IMG/VR virus record: IMGVR_UViG_3300042691_032784
Coordinates: 1-64,000 of that record
Direction: 5' to 3' (one strand)
DNA from: a virus
DNA: 64,000 nucleotides
Shown here one piece after another: positions 1 to 11,200 of this stretch. Position numbers and translations under genes: made by a program. Below the pieces are notes generated by a model. The model saw only the letters and a list, made by a program, of their open reading frames with translations. It had not been told where the DNA came from and did not search any database. How positions within the stretch are numbered: the stretch's first letter is position 1; each line of letters opens with the position of its first letter.

Positions 1-752
1 CATTAATTAATGTAGAACTTGAAGAATTAGATAAAGAAGTTAAAAAACTTAAAGTTACATTAAAAAGTATTAATGATTTTTTTGAAAATAATAGAGATAA
101 ATTAGTAGGTTGTGTAGACTACAACCTTCTTCTAAATGGGGAACATCAATATATTAAAACTCCATTAAATGCAACAGAAGAATATGCTAATATTAATTTA
201 ATAGCTTTAAGAGATACTACTAAATTAATTAATAATAAAGAAGCTAGACTTAAAGTTATTAAAGGTCAAAAATTACATATTAAAGTTTTCTTTTATATTA
301 TTAAAAGAATTAACGAATTAATAGTAGATGCATTAATATATAAAGGTTATCAATTAAGAGATGATTTTATAGGTACTATTAAAATTATTAATGCTAAAGA
401 TAAAAAGAAAAGACCTGATTGGAATAAAAGTCTTATTAATAAACAAAAATTAATAGAACAAGGTAAAATTCCTTATATGAAAGCTGATGCTGAAAAAGCA
501 TTAAAAGAAAATAAACCTTATAATGGAGTTCCTTGGCTTGTTTATCATAGTAGTGAAGATAGTCTTTGGTTTAATTGGAGTTATGGTTTAAGACCTGCTT
601 TAATTTTACCTAATATTAGAAATTATGTTTTTGTTCCTTTAAGAGGTACTACAGGAGCTGTTGCTAAATTACAAGAATTTAGAAAAAGTTTAAATAAAGA
701 TGCATTTAATGAAAGATTTAATAATCCTAATAAATTTAAAATATGCACGTAA
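1..752 (+). CDS. crAss-type IHF-like protein, 5'-truncated (the 477..752 ORF is only its C-terminus)
   Basis: Frame is open from nt 3 (LINVELEELDKE...) into the 477 ATG; contains the G-x-I-K-I...PDWNKS...LVYH...WFNW pattern; sits directly before the tail tubular gene as in crAss-like phages. Confidence 0.55.
   Translation, partial: LINVELEELDKEVKKLKVTLKSINDFFENNRDKLVGCVDYNLLLNGEHQYIKTPLNATEEYANINLIALRDTTKLINNKEARLKVIKGQKLHIKVFFYIIKRINELIVDALIYKGYQLRDDFIGTIKIINAKDKKKRPDWNKSLINKQKLIEQGKIPYMKADAEKALKENKPYNGVPWLVYHSSEDSLWFNWSYGLRPALILPNIRNYVFVPLRGTTGAVAKLQEFRKSLNKDAFNERFNNPNKFKICT
119..143 (+). repeat. Dispersed motif copy 1 (degenerate)
   Basis: ctacaaccttcttctaaatggggaa. Confidence 0.5.
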
Positions 753-1417
753 ATTATATAAGTACTAAACAATTAATTGGTAGAATTTTAAATGGTATTG
801 GATTAGAATCTACTAATTTTGTTGATAGTTTTCCTCAATGGATTGAAGATGCTATTAGTATTATAGGTATTCCTAAATATTATATACATAAACATTATGT
901 TATAAATATTAATCAACATAAAGGAAGTTTACCTTGTGATGTTGAAAGTATACATAGTTTATGGGTTGATACTAATTTAAATTCTTTTTCTAAAAGAAGT
1001 TGTTTAAAACATTTAACTATTAGAAATAACCCTCTTATAGGACATGAAATTAAATTACCTCAACATGAAAGTGTTTATGGTAATATAAATGGTAGATTTT
1101 TAGAAACATCATTTTATAACGGTAAGGTGTTATTAATATATAAAGGTATTCCATGTGATGATGAAGGATATCCTTTAGCTCCTAGTAATGCTGATTTTAT
1201 TCAAGCTTTTGAATATTATGTTATTATGAGATTAGCTTTAATAGGTTATAAACATCCTATATTAAATTATGAACAAGCATATCAATTATGGGAAAAACAT
1301 TATCCTAGAGCTGGAAATTCTATTAATTGGATGAGTTTACCTGAATATCAAGAATTTACTGAAATGTGGAATAATAGTATATTAGGAGACTTACAAAGTC
1401 TTAATTATATACATTAA
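743..1417 (+). CDS. Tail tubular/ring protein (P22 gp4-like, crAss type)
   Basis: 224 aa, WIEDA...I and Y-x-G-x-P-x-D-x-E-G-Y-P motifs; position before the large tail stabilization gene. Confidence 0.7.
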   Translation: MHVNYISTKQLIGRILNGIGLESTNFVDSFPQWIEDAISIIGIPKYYIHKHYVININQHKGSLPCDVESIHSLWVDTNLNSFSKRSCLKHLTIRNNPLIGHEIKLPQHESVYGNINGRFLETSFYNGKVLLIYKGIPCDDEGYPLAPSNADFIQAFEYYVIMRLALIGYKHPILNYEQAYQLWEKHYPRAGNSINWMSLPEYQEFTEMWNNSILGDLQSLNYIH

Positions 1418-1429
1418 CATAATAATAAT

Positions 1430-4400
1430 ATGGAACAATTTAAAGGTTTAAGTAGAGATACTACTAGAAGTAAAACTCCTGCAGGAATGTGGGAGTTTGC
1501 TCGTAATATATTATTAACAAAAGGATTTACTTCTGTATCTAATGAATATGGATTTATAGAACAAGTTGATATTCCTGGAGAAGTTATTGGAGTTATAAGT
1601 ACAAATGAAGAAACTGTTATATTAAGTATAGATGGTGATTTTTCTTGTATTGGGTACTTTAATAATGAAGAATTAATATATATTCCTGTAATAAGAAGTA
1701 TTTATCTTGGTTTTAAAATTAATCATCCTATTGAAGGAGTATTTTTTTATAATTTTAAACAAGAATTAATAATAGCTTTTTGTGATGGTGTAGCATTAGA
1801 TAGTAATACTCCTAAATTAATTAATCTTAATAATTTAGGTTTTGAAGTAGATGTTAATTATGAATTAGTTAATCCAGATGATATAAATTTATTAAATTTA
1901 TTTATTAATACAATAGAAGGTAATATAAGAATATCATATGGTACAAATAGTACTATTCCTATAGATATAGTTTATATTACTTTTTGTTATGTATTACCGG
2001 ATAATATATCTACTACTCCTTATTATCCTGTTCATCATATAGCTTATCCTACTTTTCAATGGAATGAAAAAAATAGAAGACCTGTAATTATTAATTTAAC
2101 TGAATTAGATAATAAATATGATCAACTTAAAATTGGATTAATTATTAATACTGATAATGGTTTAGTAGGATATGAAAGTTTTCCTATTAATTATAATAAT
2201 AGTCAATTAAATTATACTATATCTTCTTTAACTGATTTTACTATTACAACTTTAGATAATTTAATAGTACCTACTATATTTTATAATAGAGTTAAAACTA
2301 TGACTACTCAAAATAATCAATTAGTTATAGGTAATATAGCAATAGAAGAAGAAATAAAAATACAAAAATATGTAAATAGATTAGAACTTAAATTACAATA
2401 TATAATTGATGAAGAAGAAAAATTTACTCATCCCACTCTTTGTCCTGATGAAGTTTATGCTATTTATATACAACCTCAATGGTTAACTGGTGAATTTGGT
2501 AAAGCTTATCCTCTTATTGGTCCTGAACCTAATAATAATACTGAAAGAAATATATTAACTCAAACAGATTTAAATAATTTAGGTTTAAATGAATTAGATG
2601 CTAATGAATATAAAAAATTTCATATTATTAATTCAGGAGATTGGGTATTACCTCCACCTTTTATATCTAATGGAGATAGTTCTCAAGTAGCTCTTAAATG
2701 GGGTTTTTGGGAAAATGAAGAAGTTTATCCTAATATAGAAGATTTTAATAGTACAATTGATTATAATAATAATCCTTTAGGAGGAACAGATTTAAGAAAT
2801 ACTCCTATTAAATATTTTAGAGTTCCCGGATTAGATAATATTATTAAAAAAATACCTTGTCCTTTAGGACATACTCATAAAAATGATTTAAATAATTCTG
2901 TAACTTTTCAAGGTTATATTCCTAAATTTGGTGTATATTTAAATAATTTTAATACTGTTTTTCCTGAAAAAGTTAGAGAAAAAATGCAAGGATATAGATT
3001 ATTAATAGTTAAAAGAAAACAAGGAAATAGATTAGTAGAAGATATACCTTTTATACATCATGGAGAAACAAGAACTATGGATATAGATGGTACTAATCGT
3101 GAATTTATTCATGCTAATTATGATAATCCTCAAGCAGATGGAGGACAATCTTTAAGACATATTTATATTCAACATGGTTTTTCAAAATTATGGAGTTCTA
3201 CATTATCTTATTATAAAAATACAATATCTGCTAAAATTATTAAAGCTAATTATGGAATAACTCATACAAGAGTAAGGAGTGGAAATGATATAGAAATAGA
3301 ATTAGATGATAAAGGTACTTTTGAAAGTGTAAATTCTATTTCTAATTTTACCGGTTATTGTAAAATAAAAGAAACACAAAAATATGGAATTATTAAAGAT
3401 TTAATTTATGTTCCTGGTAATAATATTGCTGCTAAAACTCAATTTCTTGAAGAAGGTATATTTTTAAAAGCTAAAAATTATCTACAAACAGATGATGGGG
3501 GTTACACAGATTTACCTGATGAAAAATGGAATCCTTTATTAATTTATAGTCCTAATGGTCTTAGTTCAAGAATTGATAATATAGAATTATATAATAGTAC
3601 TACTAGATTATATGAAGATTTTGATATAACTGAATCAGATGGTTGTTATAAAAAAACATTATCTGTTACTTTATTAAATTTACAAAAAAATTTGTATAGT
3701 GGATTTAATCCAAAAGAATTTATATCTTTAGGAAGAGTTAATATTAATGAATCTAATAAAATATTATCAGATAATGGAGATATTTTTACTAATAATATTA
3801 TTAGGGTTCCTACTGGTATACTTTTAGGTACTTCTATATTTGGAAGAATAATATATAATGATTTATATATAAAAGGTATTTGGAATATTAATAATAATTC
3901 TAGTGTTTTTATAGAAAAAGATAGACCTTATAATCGAATTTATGAATTAGATGGAGATGGTAGTGAAAGTGGTTTAGTTAATACATTTGAATTTAATTTA
4001 AGTTTTTTTAATGAAGATGTTTTTAGAAGTTTAAATGATTTAATTGTTGCAATAGCTAATAATAGTTTAAAACCTTTTATTAATTATTTTCCTTTTAGAG
4101 TAGCAAGAACTCCTAAAATTCCTAATGAAAATTTACAAACTAATGTATTAAGAACTTTTAGAGCTAATGATTATTATGAAATGCTTAATGATAGAGGAGA
4201 AATTATAGCAATAAGAGGTACTAATAAACAATTATTTATTCAACAAAAATATAGTTTATTTGTAGCTACTCTAAAAGATAAACTTAATACAGATGGTACT
4301 AGTACTTATTTAGGAGAAGGAGATATATTTGATAGAACACCTGATGAAATTAAATTTAATACTAATAAAGGTTATATAGGATGTACTAATCAATTTGCTT

Positions 4401-5824
4401 GTATTATTTGTCCTAGTGGTTATGTAGTTGTAGATCAAATTAAAGGTAAAATATTTTTAATAGGTGATGAATATACTGAAATTAGTAAAGCTAATATGAT
4501 TAATTGGTTTGAAGCTAATTGGGATACTAAATTTTATTATATTTTAGATAGATTTAGTAAAAAACAAAGAGTTGATAATCCTTTTAATAGTATTGGTCAT
4601 TTAGTAGGTTATGATGAAGATAATAATAGATTATTATTTACTAAAAAATATTATGAATTTAAATTTCCTGAATTAGTAGAAAATGATGAAGAAGTAGGAC
4701 CTTTTACTTATACATTTGATGGAGAGTTTTATTATAATAAAACAAGTTTAGTTAATGGTATTCAAGTAAATGTAAATAATCAACCTTCAAATGGTAATAC
4801 TACTTCTTTAAATTATAGAGATATTAATAATGTTCAATTATTTAATGTATCTTGTATATTTGTAAATACTGTAACAGACCCTAATCATGTTTTAATAGGT
4901 ATTAATCGTTTTGCTACATTTGTTAATTATATATCTTATATAAATTTAAAATTAAGTGAAGCTAATTTAATAGAAGGTAAAGATTATTATTTAACTATTA
5001 GTAATAATGGAGTAGATACTCCTTATTTTATATTAACTATTTTTAATAACACTGTATTAGTTTCTAATGATAATAATGTTACTGGTTTTACTTTTAATTA
5101 TCCTGTTATTGAAATACCTTTTCCAAAAAGACTAATATATAATGATGAACGTTATTTTATTAATAAAAGTAAAACTTTATCTTTTCAATTAGATGATAAA
5201 GTATGGGTATGTGAACATGATTATTATCCTAATGCTTATTATTTTAATCAATTAGGTTTATTTAGTATTTATAATAACCCTACTTTTGAATTAGATGAAG
5301 AAGGAGCTGTAATTAATATTAATTTTAATTTTAGTAATTATATACATAATCAAAAATCTGTTAATAGAGGATTATTTTATAATAAAAATTATCAATCTTA
5401 TATTGATTTAATATTTAATGGAAGATTAGATTTAAGTAAATTATATCAAGCTGTAACTTGGGAAAGTGTTGTTTATACAATAGAACAAGCTAGATTATAT
5501 AATAATACTATTGATGCTATAATGATTTATAGTGATTATCAATGTAGTGGAGTTATTAATTTAGAACAATTTGTAAATTGTAGAAATGTAGAAGGTGTTT
5601 GGAATTTTAATGAATTTAGAGATGTTGTAATTAATTCTAATTTCCCCATAGTTGATAGTGTTGGAGACTTAGTTGAAAATAATGTAAATTTTAACAAAAG
5701 TTTTTTTGATAAGTCAAAATTTATTGGTACATTTGTAGTTATACGCCTAATTATGTTTAATAATAATACTAATGATGTATATATTAATCAAGTTAATGTA
5801 AAAAGTAGAATTTCTAAAAGATAA
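1430..5824 (+). CDS. Tail stabilization/muzzle protein (P22 gp10-like)
   Basis: 1464 aa, N-terminal KGLSRD...ARNI...SNEYG, beta-rich, C-terminal F-I-G-x-F-V-V-I-R-L; crAss synteny. Confidence 0.75.
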   Translation: MEQFKGLSRDTTRSKTPAGMWEFARNILLTKGFTSVSNEYGFIEQVDIPGEVIGVISTNEETVILSIDGDFSCIGYFNNEELIYIPVIRSIYLGFKINHPIEGVFFYNFKQELIIAFCDGVALDSNTPKLINLNNLGFEVDVNYELVNPDDINLLNLFINTIEGNIRISYGTNSTIPIDIVYITFCYVLPDNISTTPYYPVHHIAYPTFQWNEKNRRPVIINLTELDNKYDQLKIGLIINTDNGLVGYESFPINYNNSQLNYTISSLTDFTITTLDNLIVPTIFYNRVKTMTTQNNQLVIGNIAIEEEIKIQKYVNRLELKLQYIIDEEEKFTHPTLCPDEVYAIYIQPQWLTGEFGKAYPLIGPEPNNNTERNILTQTDLNNLGLNELDANEYKKFHIINSGDWVLPPPFISNGDSSQVALKWGFWENEEVYPNIEDFNSTIDYNNNPLGGTDLRNTPIKYFRVPGLDNIIKKIPCPLGHTHKNDLNNSVTFQGYIPKFGVYLNNFNTVFPEKVREKMQGYRLLIVKRKQGNRLVEDIPFIHHGETRTMDIDGTNREFIHANYDNPQADGGQSLRHIYIQHGFSKLWSSTLSYYKNTISAKIIKANYGITHTRVRSGNDIEIELDDKGTFESVNSISNFTGYCKIKETQKYGIIKDLIYVPGNNIAAKTQFLEEGIFLKAKNYLQTDDGGYTDLPDEKWNPLLIYSPNGLSSRIDNIELYNSTTRLYEDFDITESDGCYKKTLSVTLLNLQKNLYSGFNPKEFISLGRVNINESNKILSDNGDIFTNNIIRVPTGILLGTSIFGRIIYNDLYIKGIWNINNNSSVFIEKDRPYNRIYELDGDGSESGLVNTFEFNLSFFNEDVFRSLNDLIVAIANNSLKPFINYFPFRVARTPKIPNENLQTNVLRTFRANDYYEMLNDRGEIIAIRGTNKQLFIQQKYSLFVATLKDKLNTDGTSTYLGEGDIFDRTPDEIKFNTNKGYIGCTNQFACIICPSGYVVVDQIKGKIFLIGDEYTEISKANMINWFEANWDTKFYYILDRFSKKQRVDNPFNSIGHLVGYDEDNNRLLFTKKYYEFKFPELVENDEEVGPFTYTFDGEFYYNKTSLVNGIQVNVNNQPSNGNTTSLNYRDINNVQLFNVSCIFVNTVTDPNHVLIGINRFATFVNYISYINLKLSEANLIEGKDYYLTISNNGVDTPYFILTIFNNTVLVSNDNNVTGFTFNYPVIEIPFPKRLIYNDERYFINKSKTLSFQLDDKVWVCEHDYYPNAYYFNQLGLFSIYNNPTFELDEEGAVININFNFSNYIHNQKSVNRGLFYNKNYQSYIDLIFNGRLDLSKLYQAVTWESVVYTIEQARLYNNTIDAIMIYSDYQCSGVINLEQFVNCRNVEGVWNFNEFRDVVINSNFPIVDSVGDLVENNVNFNKSFFDKSKFIGTFVVIRLIMFNNNTNDVYINQVNVKSRISKR
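5641..5664 (-). repeat. Dispersed motif copy 2
   Basis: reverse complement ccaacactatcaactatggggaaa. Confidence 0.8.
5705..5735 (+). promoter_or_regulatory. Bacteroidota primary-sigma promoter inside the 3' end of the muzzle gene
   Basis: TTTG (5705-5708), 19 nt, TACATTTG (5728-5735); ~90 nt upstream of the 5828 start. Confidence 0.65.
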
Positions 5825-5827
5825 AAT

Positions 5828-8281
5828 ATGCAACAACCTGATAAAAATAAAAGTAAAATTAAACCAGTAACTAGAGGAGATAGTTTAGTTGTTTATAATA
5901 GTACAGTTAAATTTGAGAATAAACTTAAAGAATTAAAATATAAAAAAACTAGTTCTTTTAAATCAGATATTAATAATAATTCTCAATTATATGGTAATAT
6001 ATATTCTTTTAATAATAATGATATTAAAATAAATCCTAATTATGTTGATTTAGAAGAATTAAAAAAAAATATATATAAAGATAGTAAAGGAGATATTTAT
6101 TTAAAACCTACAGTACCTCGTAAAGGTACTACTAATTATGGTAATATTAATGTAAATAATAAACCTGTTTTAAAAAAAATAGATGATAATCGATATTTAA
6201 CTATTGAAGATTTAGCTTATATAGGTTATAATACTGATTTACCTAATATTATATTAGATAAAAGAATTAAGCCTCAAAAAATAGAAGGATATGATTTAAA
6301 TGATGGAAATAAAAGAGATGTTATAAGTTTTAGTAAATATGATAAACTAGCTGTTAAACCTTTTGATTTATTAACAGAAAAAGAAAAAGTTAAAAGAGTA
6401 GAAGAATATGGTACTGATGGAGTTCCTCAAAGTTATTTGAATAAAACTAAAAATAATACAAGTACAAATACAAATACTACTAATAAACCATATACTAATA
6501 AACCAACTGCTACATATAGTACTAAACCAACTGCTACATATAGTAAACCTAGAGAAAAAGTTGAAGCTATTAAACCTTTACCTAGTGCATCTATAAAGAC
6601 TGGTAGTAATACTTTATATTCTGATGTTAAGGTTATTCGTAAAGCTAGAACCCCTAAAGCTTATAAAGTAGAAACTAGTGGAGGTAGTAAATCTAACAAA
6701 TGGAGAACAACACAAACTGTTAGTACTCCTGATAATATAGGAGCTAATGATGGAGATACAAGAAAAATAGTTCCTCTTTTTGGTGATGGTGGTAAAATTA
6801 ATACAATAAATGTTATGAGAAAACCAAGATTAAATAGTAGAAAAAGATATATTTCTCCTGCTGTAATTGGTGCAGGAGTTAATGTAGGAATGGGATTAAT
6901 TCAAGGAGCATTACAAAGAGGTGCTCCTATTAAAGCTAGAAGTAATGCTTTAAATCAAATGTGGAAAGAAAAATCTGTTAGTGATGCTCAAAGTTTTGAT
7001 GATTATACTAAAAATATTGATGATGTTATTGATTATTATGCTGATGGTGGTAAACTTCCAACATTATCATCTATGGGGAAATATAACACAACAGGAGGTA
7101 AATTAAAACCTATTGCTGATGGAGTTGTTGAAGTACAAGGTAATAAACATGGAGAAAAAACTATTGATAATTCTTATGGAGTTACTTTACATAAAGGTAA
7201 TCAACCAATTGCTGAAGTAGAAGATAAAGAAGTTATGGTAGAACAACCTGATGGTGATATGGTTTTTAGTGCAAGATTAAAAGATGAAAAAGGTGTATCA
7301 TTTGCTAATAGAATGAAACAATTAGCTAAAAAACGTAATAAATTAGAAAAAGATTTAGATAAAAATTATGATACTAAATCTCGTAATAGTATTGAACGTA
7401 AATTAGCAGGTCTTAATATGGCTGAAGAAGTTCTTAAAATTAAACAAGAAGAAGTTAAATTTGAAGAAGGTCAAGCTGAATTAGATAAACTAGCTAATGG
7501 TGGTAAAATTCCTAAATATGCTAATGGTACTATGAATTTAGGAGATACAGATAATTATTTATCTAAAAATAATAAACAAATGTGGAAAGATATATTACCT
7601 ACTTTAGCTGATAATGCAGGTAATATGTTATTAACTCTTAATACTCCTAAATTAGCTAAACCTATTAGAAAAAGTGCAGTTAATTTAAATACTAACTATA
7701 ATATTAATCCTCAATTATCAGAAGTTAAAAATGAAATAAATGCTATTACAGATAATATTTATAAAAATACATCTAATAGTAATATAGCAAGAGCTAATAT
7801 ATCTTCTGCTAGATTAAGAGGTTTACAACAGACTAATAATATATTAGGACAAAAAGAAAATATTGAAAATCAATTAAAGAATCAAAATAAATTAAATAAA
7901 CAACAAGTAGAACATATTAATATTGATGCAGATAATAATAATAATATGTTAGAATTTACTAGAGCTAATGATATTCATAGTAGAATTTCTGCAAATTTAG
8001 CAGATATGAGTAGTGATTTTAAAGAAGGACAAACTAGAAGAGATTATAATGCATATTATGATGAATCTATGTTATTAGAATTACTTGATGACCCTACTGG
8101 TGTTAAAGCTAGACATCTTATGAATAATCCTTATTTAAAAGCTAAATATGGTAAATATTTTACAAAACCTAGTAATACTGTTAATCCTAGACGTAAAAGA
8201 ATAGATACTAATTTTAATAATAATAATACTGTTATTGGTACTACTTATTTACCTAGAAGAATTGATGCTAATTTTAATTAA
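5828..8281 (+). CDS. Virion cargo/ejection protein
   Basis: 817 aa; VEVQGNKHGE and AEVEDKEVM...MVFS motifs of crAss cargo proteins, hydrophobic Gly-rich segment (PAVIGAGVNVGMGLIQG), coiled coils. Confidence 0.6.
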   Translation: MQQPDKNKSKIKPVTRGDSLVVYNSTVKFENKLKELKYKKTSSFKSDINNNSQLYGNIYSFNNNDIKINPNYVDLEELKKNIYKDSKGDIYLKPTVPRKGTTNYGNINVNNKPVLKKIDDNRYLTIEDLAYIGYNTDLPNIILDKRIKPQKIEGYDLNDGNKRDVISFSKYDKLAVKPFDLLTEKEKVKRVEEYGTDGVPQSYLNKTKNNTSTNTNTTNKPYTNKPTATYSTKPTATYSKPREKVEAIKPLPSASIKTGSNTLYSDVKVIRKARTPKAYKVETSGGSKSNKWRTTQTVSTPDNIGANDGDTRKIVPLFGDGGKINTINVMRKPRLNSRKRYISPAVIGAGVNVGMGLIQGALQRGAPIKARSNALNQMWKEKSVSDAQSFDDYTKNIDDVIDYYADGGKLPTLSSMGKYNTTGGKLKPIADGVVEVQGNKHGEKTIDNSYGVTLHKGNQPIAEVEDKEVMVEQPDGDMVFSARLKDEKGVSFANRMKQLAKKRNKLEKDLDKNYDTKSRNSIERKLAGLNMAEEVLKIKQEEVKFEEGQAELDKLANGGKIPKYANGTMNLGDTDNYLSKNNKQMWKDILPTLADNAGNMLLTLNTPKLAKPIRKSAVNLNTNYNINPQLSEVKNEINAITDNIYKNTSNSNIARANISSARLRGLQQTNNILGQKENIENQLKNQNKLNKQQVEHINIDADNNNNMLEFTRANDIHSRISANLADMSSDFKEGQTRRDYNAYYDESMLLELLDDPTGVKARHLMNNPYLKAKYGKYFTKPSNTVNPRRKRIDTNFNNNNTVIGTTYLPRRIDANFN
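6500..6545 (+). repeat. 24-bp in-frame tandem repeat (KPTATYST)
   Basis: aaaccaactgctacatatagta(ct) x2. Confidence 0.85.
7058..7081 (+). repeat. Dispersed motif copy 3
   Basis: ccaacattatcatctatggggaaa. Confidence 0.8.
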
Positions 8282-8290
8282 TATATAATT

Positions 8291-11200
8291 ATGTTACAAC
8301 CTCAAAGAAGTAAATTATTAGGGGATTTATATTATGATAATACTCCTAGACCTTTTGTTCCTCCTCCAATAGAAGAACGTAAAGCATTTTTTAAACAAAA
8401 AGAAGATGATTATCTTTTTGCTAAAGATTCAAAAAATGAATTAGAAAATATATTAAAAACAATGCCATATTTAGAGTCCAATACGGACTCTAAATCTGTT
8501 TATGATGATATGATTAGAAAATCTAATAATGTATTATCTAAAATAAATGCAGATAATTATGAAGATAATGTATTAAATGTTAAACAGTTAGCTCATGATA
8601 TTTATAATAAATTTGGTGGTTATGAATTAGTAACAGAAGCACAACAAATGTCAGATTTAGATGCTCAAATAGATGAAGCTATTAAAGACCCTGAAAGAGC
8701 TAATTGGACTAAACAACAAAATAGATTAAATCATAAAGGAATAAGATTTAATGAAGATGGTACTATTACTAGACCTAAAGTAAGTGGAAGACCTATTATT
8801 AAAGATGTTAATGTACAAGAAAAATTGTTAAAATTAATGGATGATTGGAAAGCTGATGGTTATGTTGTTACAGACCCAACTACAGGTAAATTAATTGTTA
8901 ATAGAGAAATACCAGGATATTTAGGTTTTAAAAAAGGAGAAGTTGTTACAGAAGATGAATTAGCACAAGCAGGTATGGCTTATATGGAAGCTGATTTAGA
9001 AACTAAACAATATTTAGATGAATATGCTCAATTTAAAGCTTCTCAAATTCCTCCTACTGCTGAAAATCTTAATAGAATTTTAAGTCCTACTGTAAAAGAA
9101 GCAGTGTTTGGTAATAGTAATATTAGTGATGGAGAAATACAAGCTAAAATAGATAATGGTGAAATAAATCCTTCTGATTTTATTAATCAATATATTAAAC
9201 AAACTGAAAAAGTTAAAGCTTTAGAAGCTCCTGTTGCTAAATATGGTTATAGAAAAGAAGAACTTACTACATTAGAAGATAAGTTATTAATGGAAGCTTT
9301 AAAAACTAGTGCTTCTAATAATGCTGCTAAAACACAAGAAGAAAGTAATGTTGCAATTAGTGTTGAGCCTTTTAAAGTTAAACCTAATTATAATACTATT
9401 GATATTAATAATATTAATACTCAAAAGAAACAATTATCTGATGAAAGATTAAAAGTTCAAGCTGAAATAGCTTCTTATAATTTACAACTTAATGAAGGTA
9501 AAGGTATAAGTCCTCAACAGTTAGATTTAATGAATAAACAAGTAACTGAATTAGATAATAAAATTGCTGCTTTTGAAGAACAAGAAAGAATTATTAATAA
9601 ACAATTTGAAGATTTAGCTAAAAAATCTAATGTTGGATTAACTGAAACTTATAATAAATATTATAATGAATCTGTAAATGAAACTATTAAAACTAATAAA
9701 GAAATATTAAATAATGATAGAGATTCTTTAATAGATGTAACATCTTTATATAACAAAGAAAATAACACATTATTTAATAAAAAATTACCTGATGGAACTG
9801 GTAAAATGAGAAGTAGTTATGATAATGATATTATTATAAAAGATGGTAAATATTATTTAAGACCTTCTGAAATAGGTTATGATAAAGATTTATTAGATAT
9901 TTTAGAAGATTATGCTTTTAATTCTAGTGGTAATATTAATAATACTATAGTTAAAAGTTCTGCTAGTTTTTATGATACTCCTGAAGAAGAAGAATTTAAA
10001 TCTATGGCTGTACAAGCATATGCTAATAATGAATCTTCTACAAATTTTGGTGTTCCTAAATCTTTTTATAAAGATTATAAAAATAAATTATTATTTTCAG
10101 GTGCTTTATTAAATGCAGTAGATAAAGTTAAAAAACAACATGGTAGTATTGATGAAATAGGTGGTTTAAATGGTACTCAAGATATGAATTACTTTATGGT
10201 TGAAGGAGAAACTACTAAAAATACTTCTAAACAATATGTTAGTATGAGAAGTATACTTAACCAATCTTTTAAAAAGACACCTCAACAATATGAAGTTGAT
10301 GGTAGAAGTATAGCAGATATATTAGTTAATGATTATGGTTTACCTGATATTAGTGATAAATATATTGATTGGGATAAAACTTCTGCTGAATATTTAATTC
10401 AAAGAGATAGAGTTAATGGAACTCAATATGGATTAGATATTAAATTAACTAAAGAAGGTAAAGAAAAATTAGATAGTCTTTGGTTTACTAATGCTACAAT
10501 GGATAAAAATGCTAATAGTATTAAATTAATAGCAAATAATCCTACTAAAAATAAACCTGAAGAAGATGCTAAAATTAGAGATTTAATGTTTAGTTTATAT
10601 GCAGAAGTTGCCGATACTAGTACTTATTATAAAGAATCTCTTGCTAAAGATATGGGAGAACTTTATTTTAATACTAAACCTGAAGGAGAAAAATTAGATA
10701 ATTTAAATCTTTATGTATTACCTAATGGAGAAGAAGCTAAATTAAAAATTAATGAAGGTACTTCTAATGAAGAACAATTAAATATTAAAAGTATTGCTCG
10801 TTCTACTAGACAAAGTAATATTAGAAATGTTGATTATGAAGTTAGTAGATTTAGAAATAATACTAGGCAAATATTTGCAACTGATAATAAAGGTAATACT
10901 GGTTGGATTAGTGATACTGAAGTTGGTGTAGATAAAAATTATAATTCTGTTTATTTTAAAACTCCTTCTGATATTAAACAAGTATTAGGTGCTACATTAT
11001 TAGCTTCTGATTATAAAAAATATAAAACAGCAGATGCAGTTAATCCTTATGCTGATTATTTAGAATCTTTAAAAACTAATGGTTATACTCAAACTAGTAA
11101 TGCTAGTGTACAAAGAACTGATTATAATAGTTATTTAAATAATTTAAAAAATATTTACAATAATAATTCTTATAATATTAATATAACTAATACAACAGGT

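Noticed and set aside
7074-7081. GGGAAA(A) part of the dispersed motif as a -1 frameshift site
   Set aside because: Many copies are antisense or intergenic, and sense copies fall in different frames
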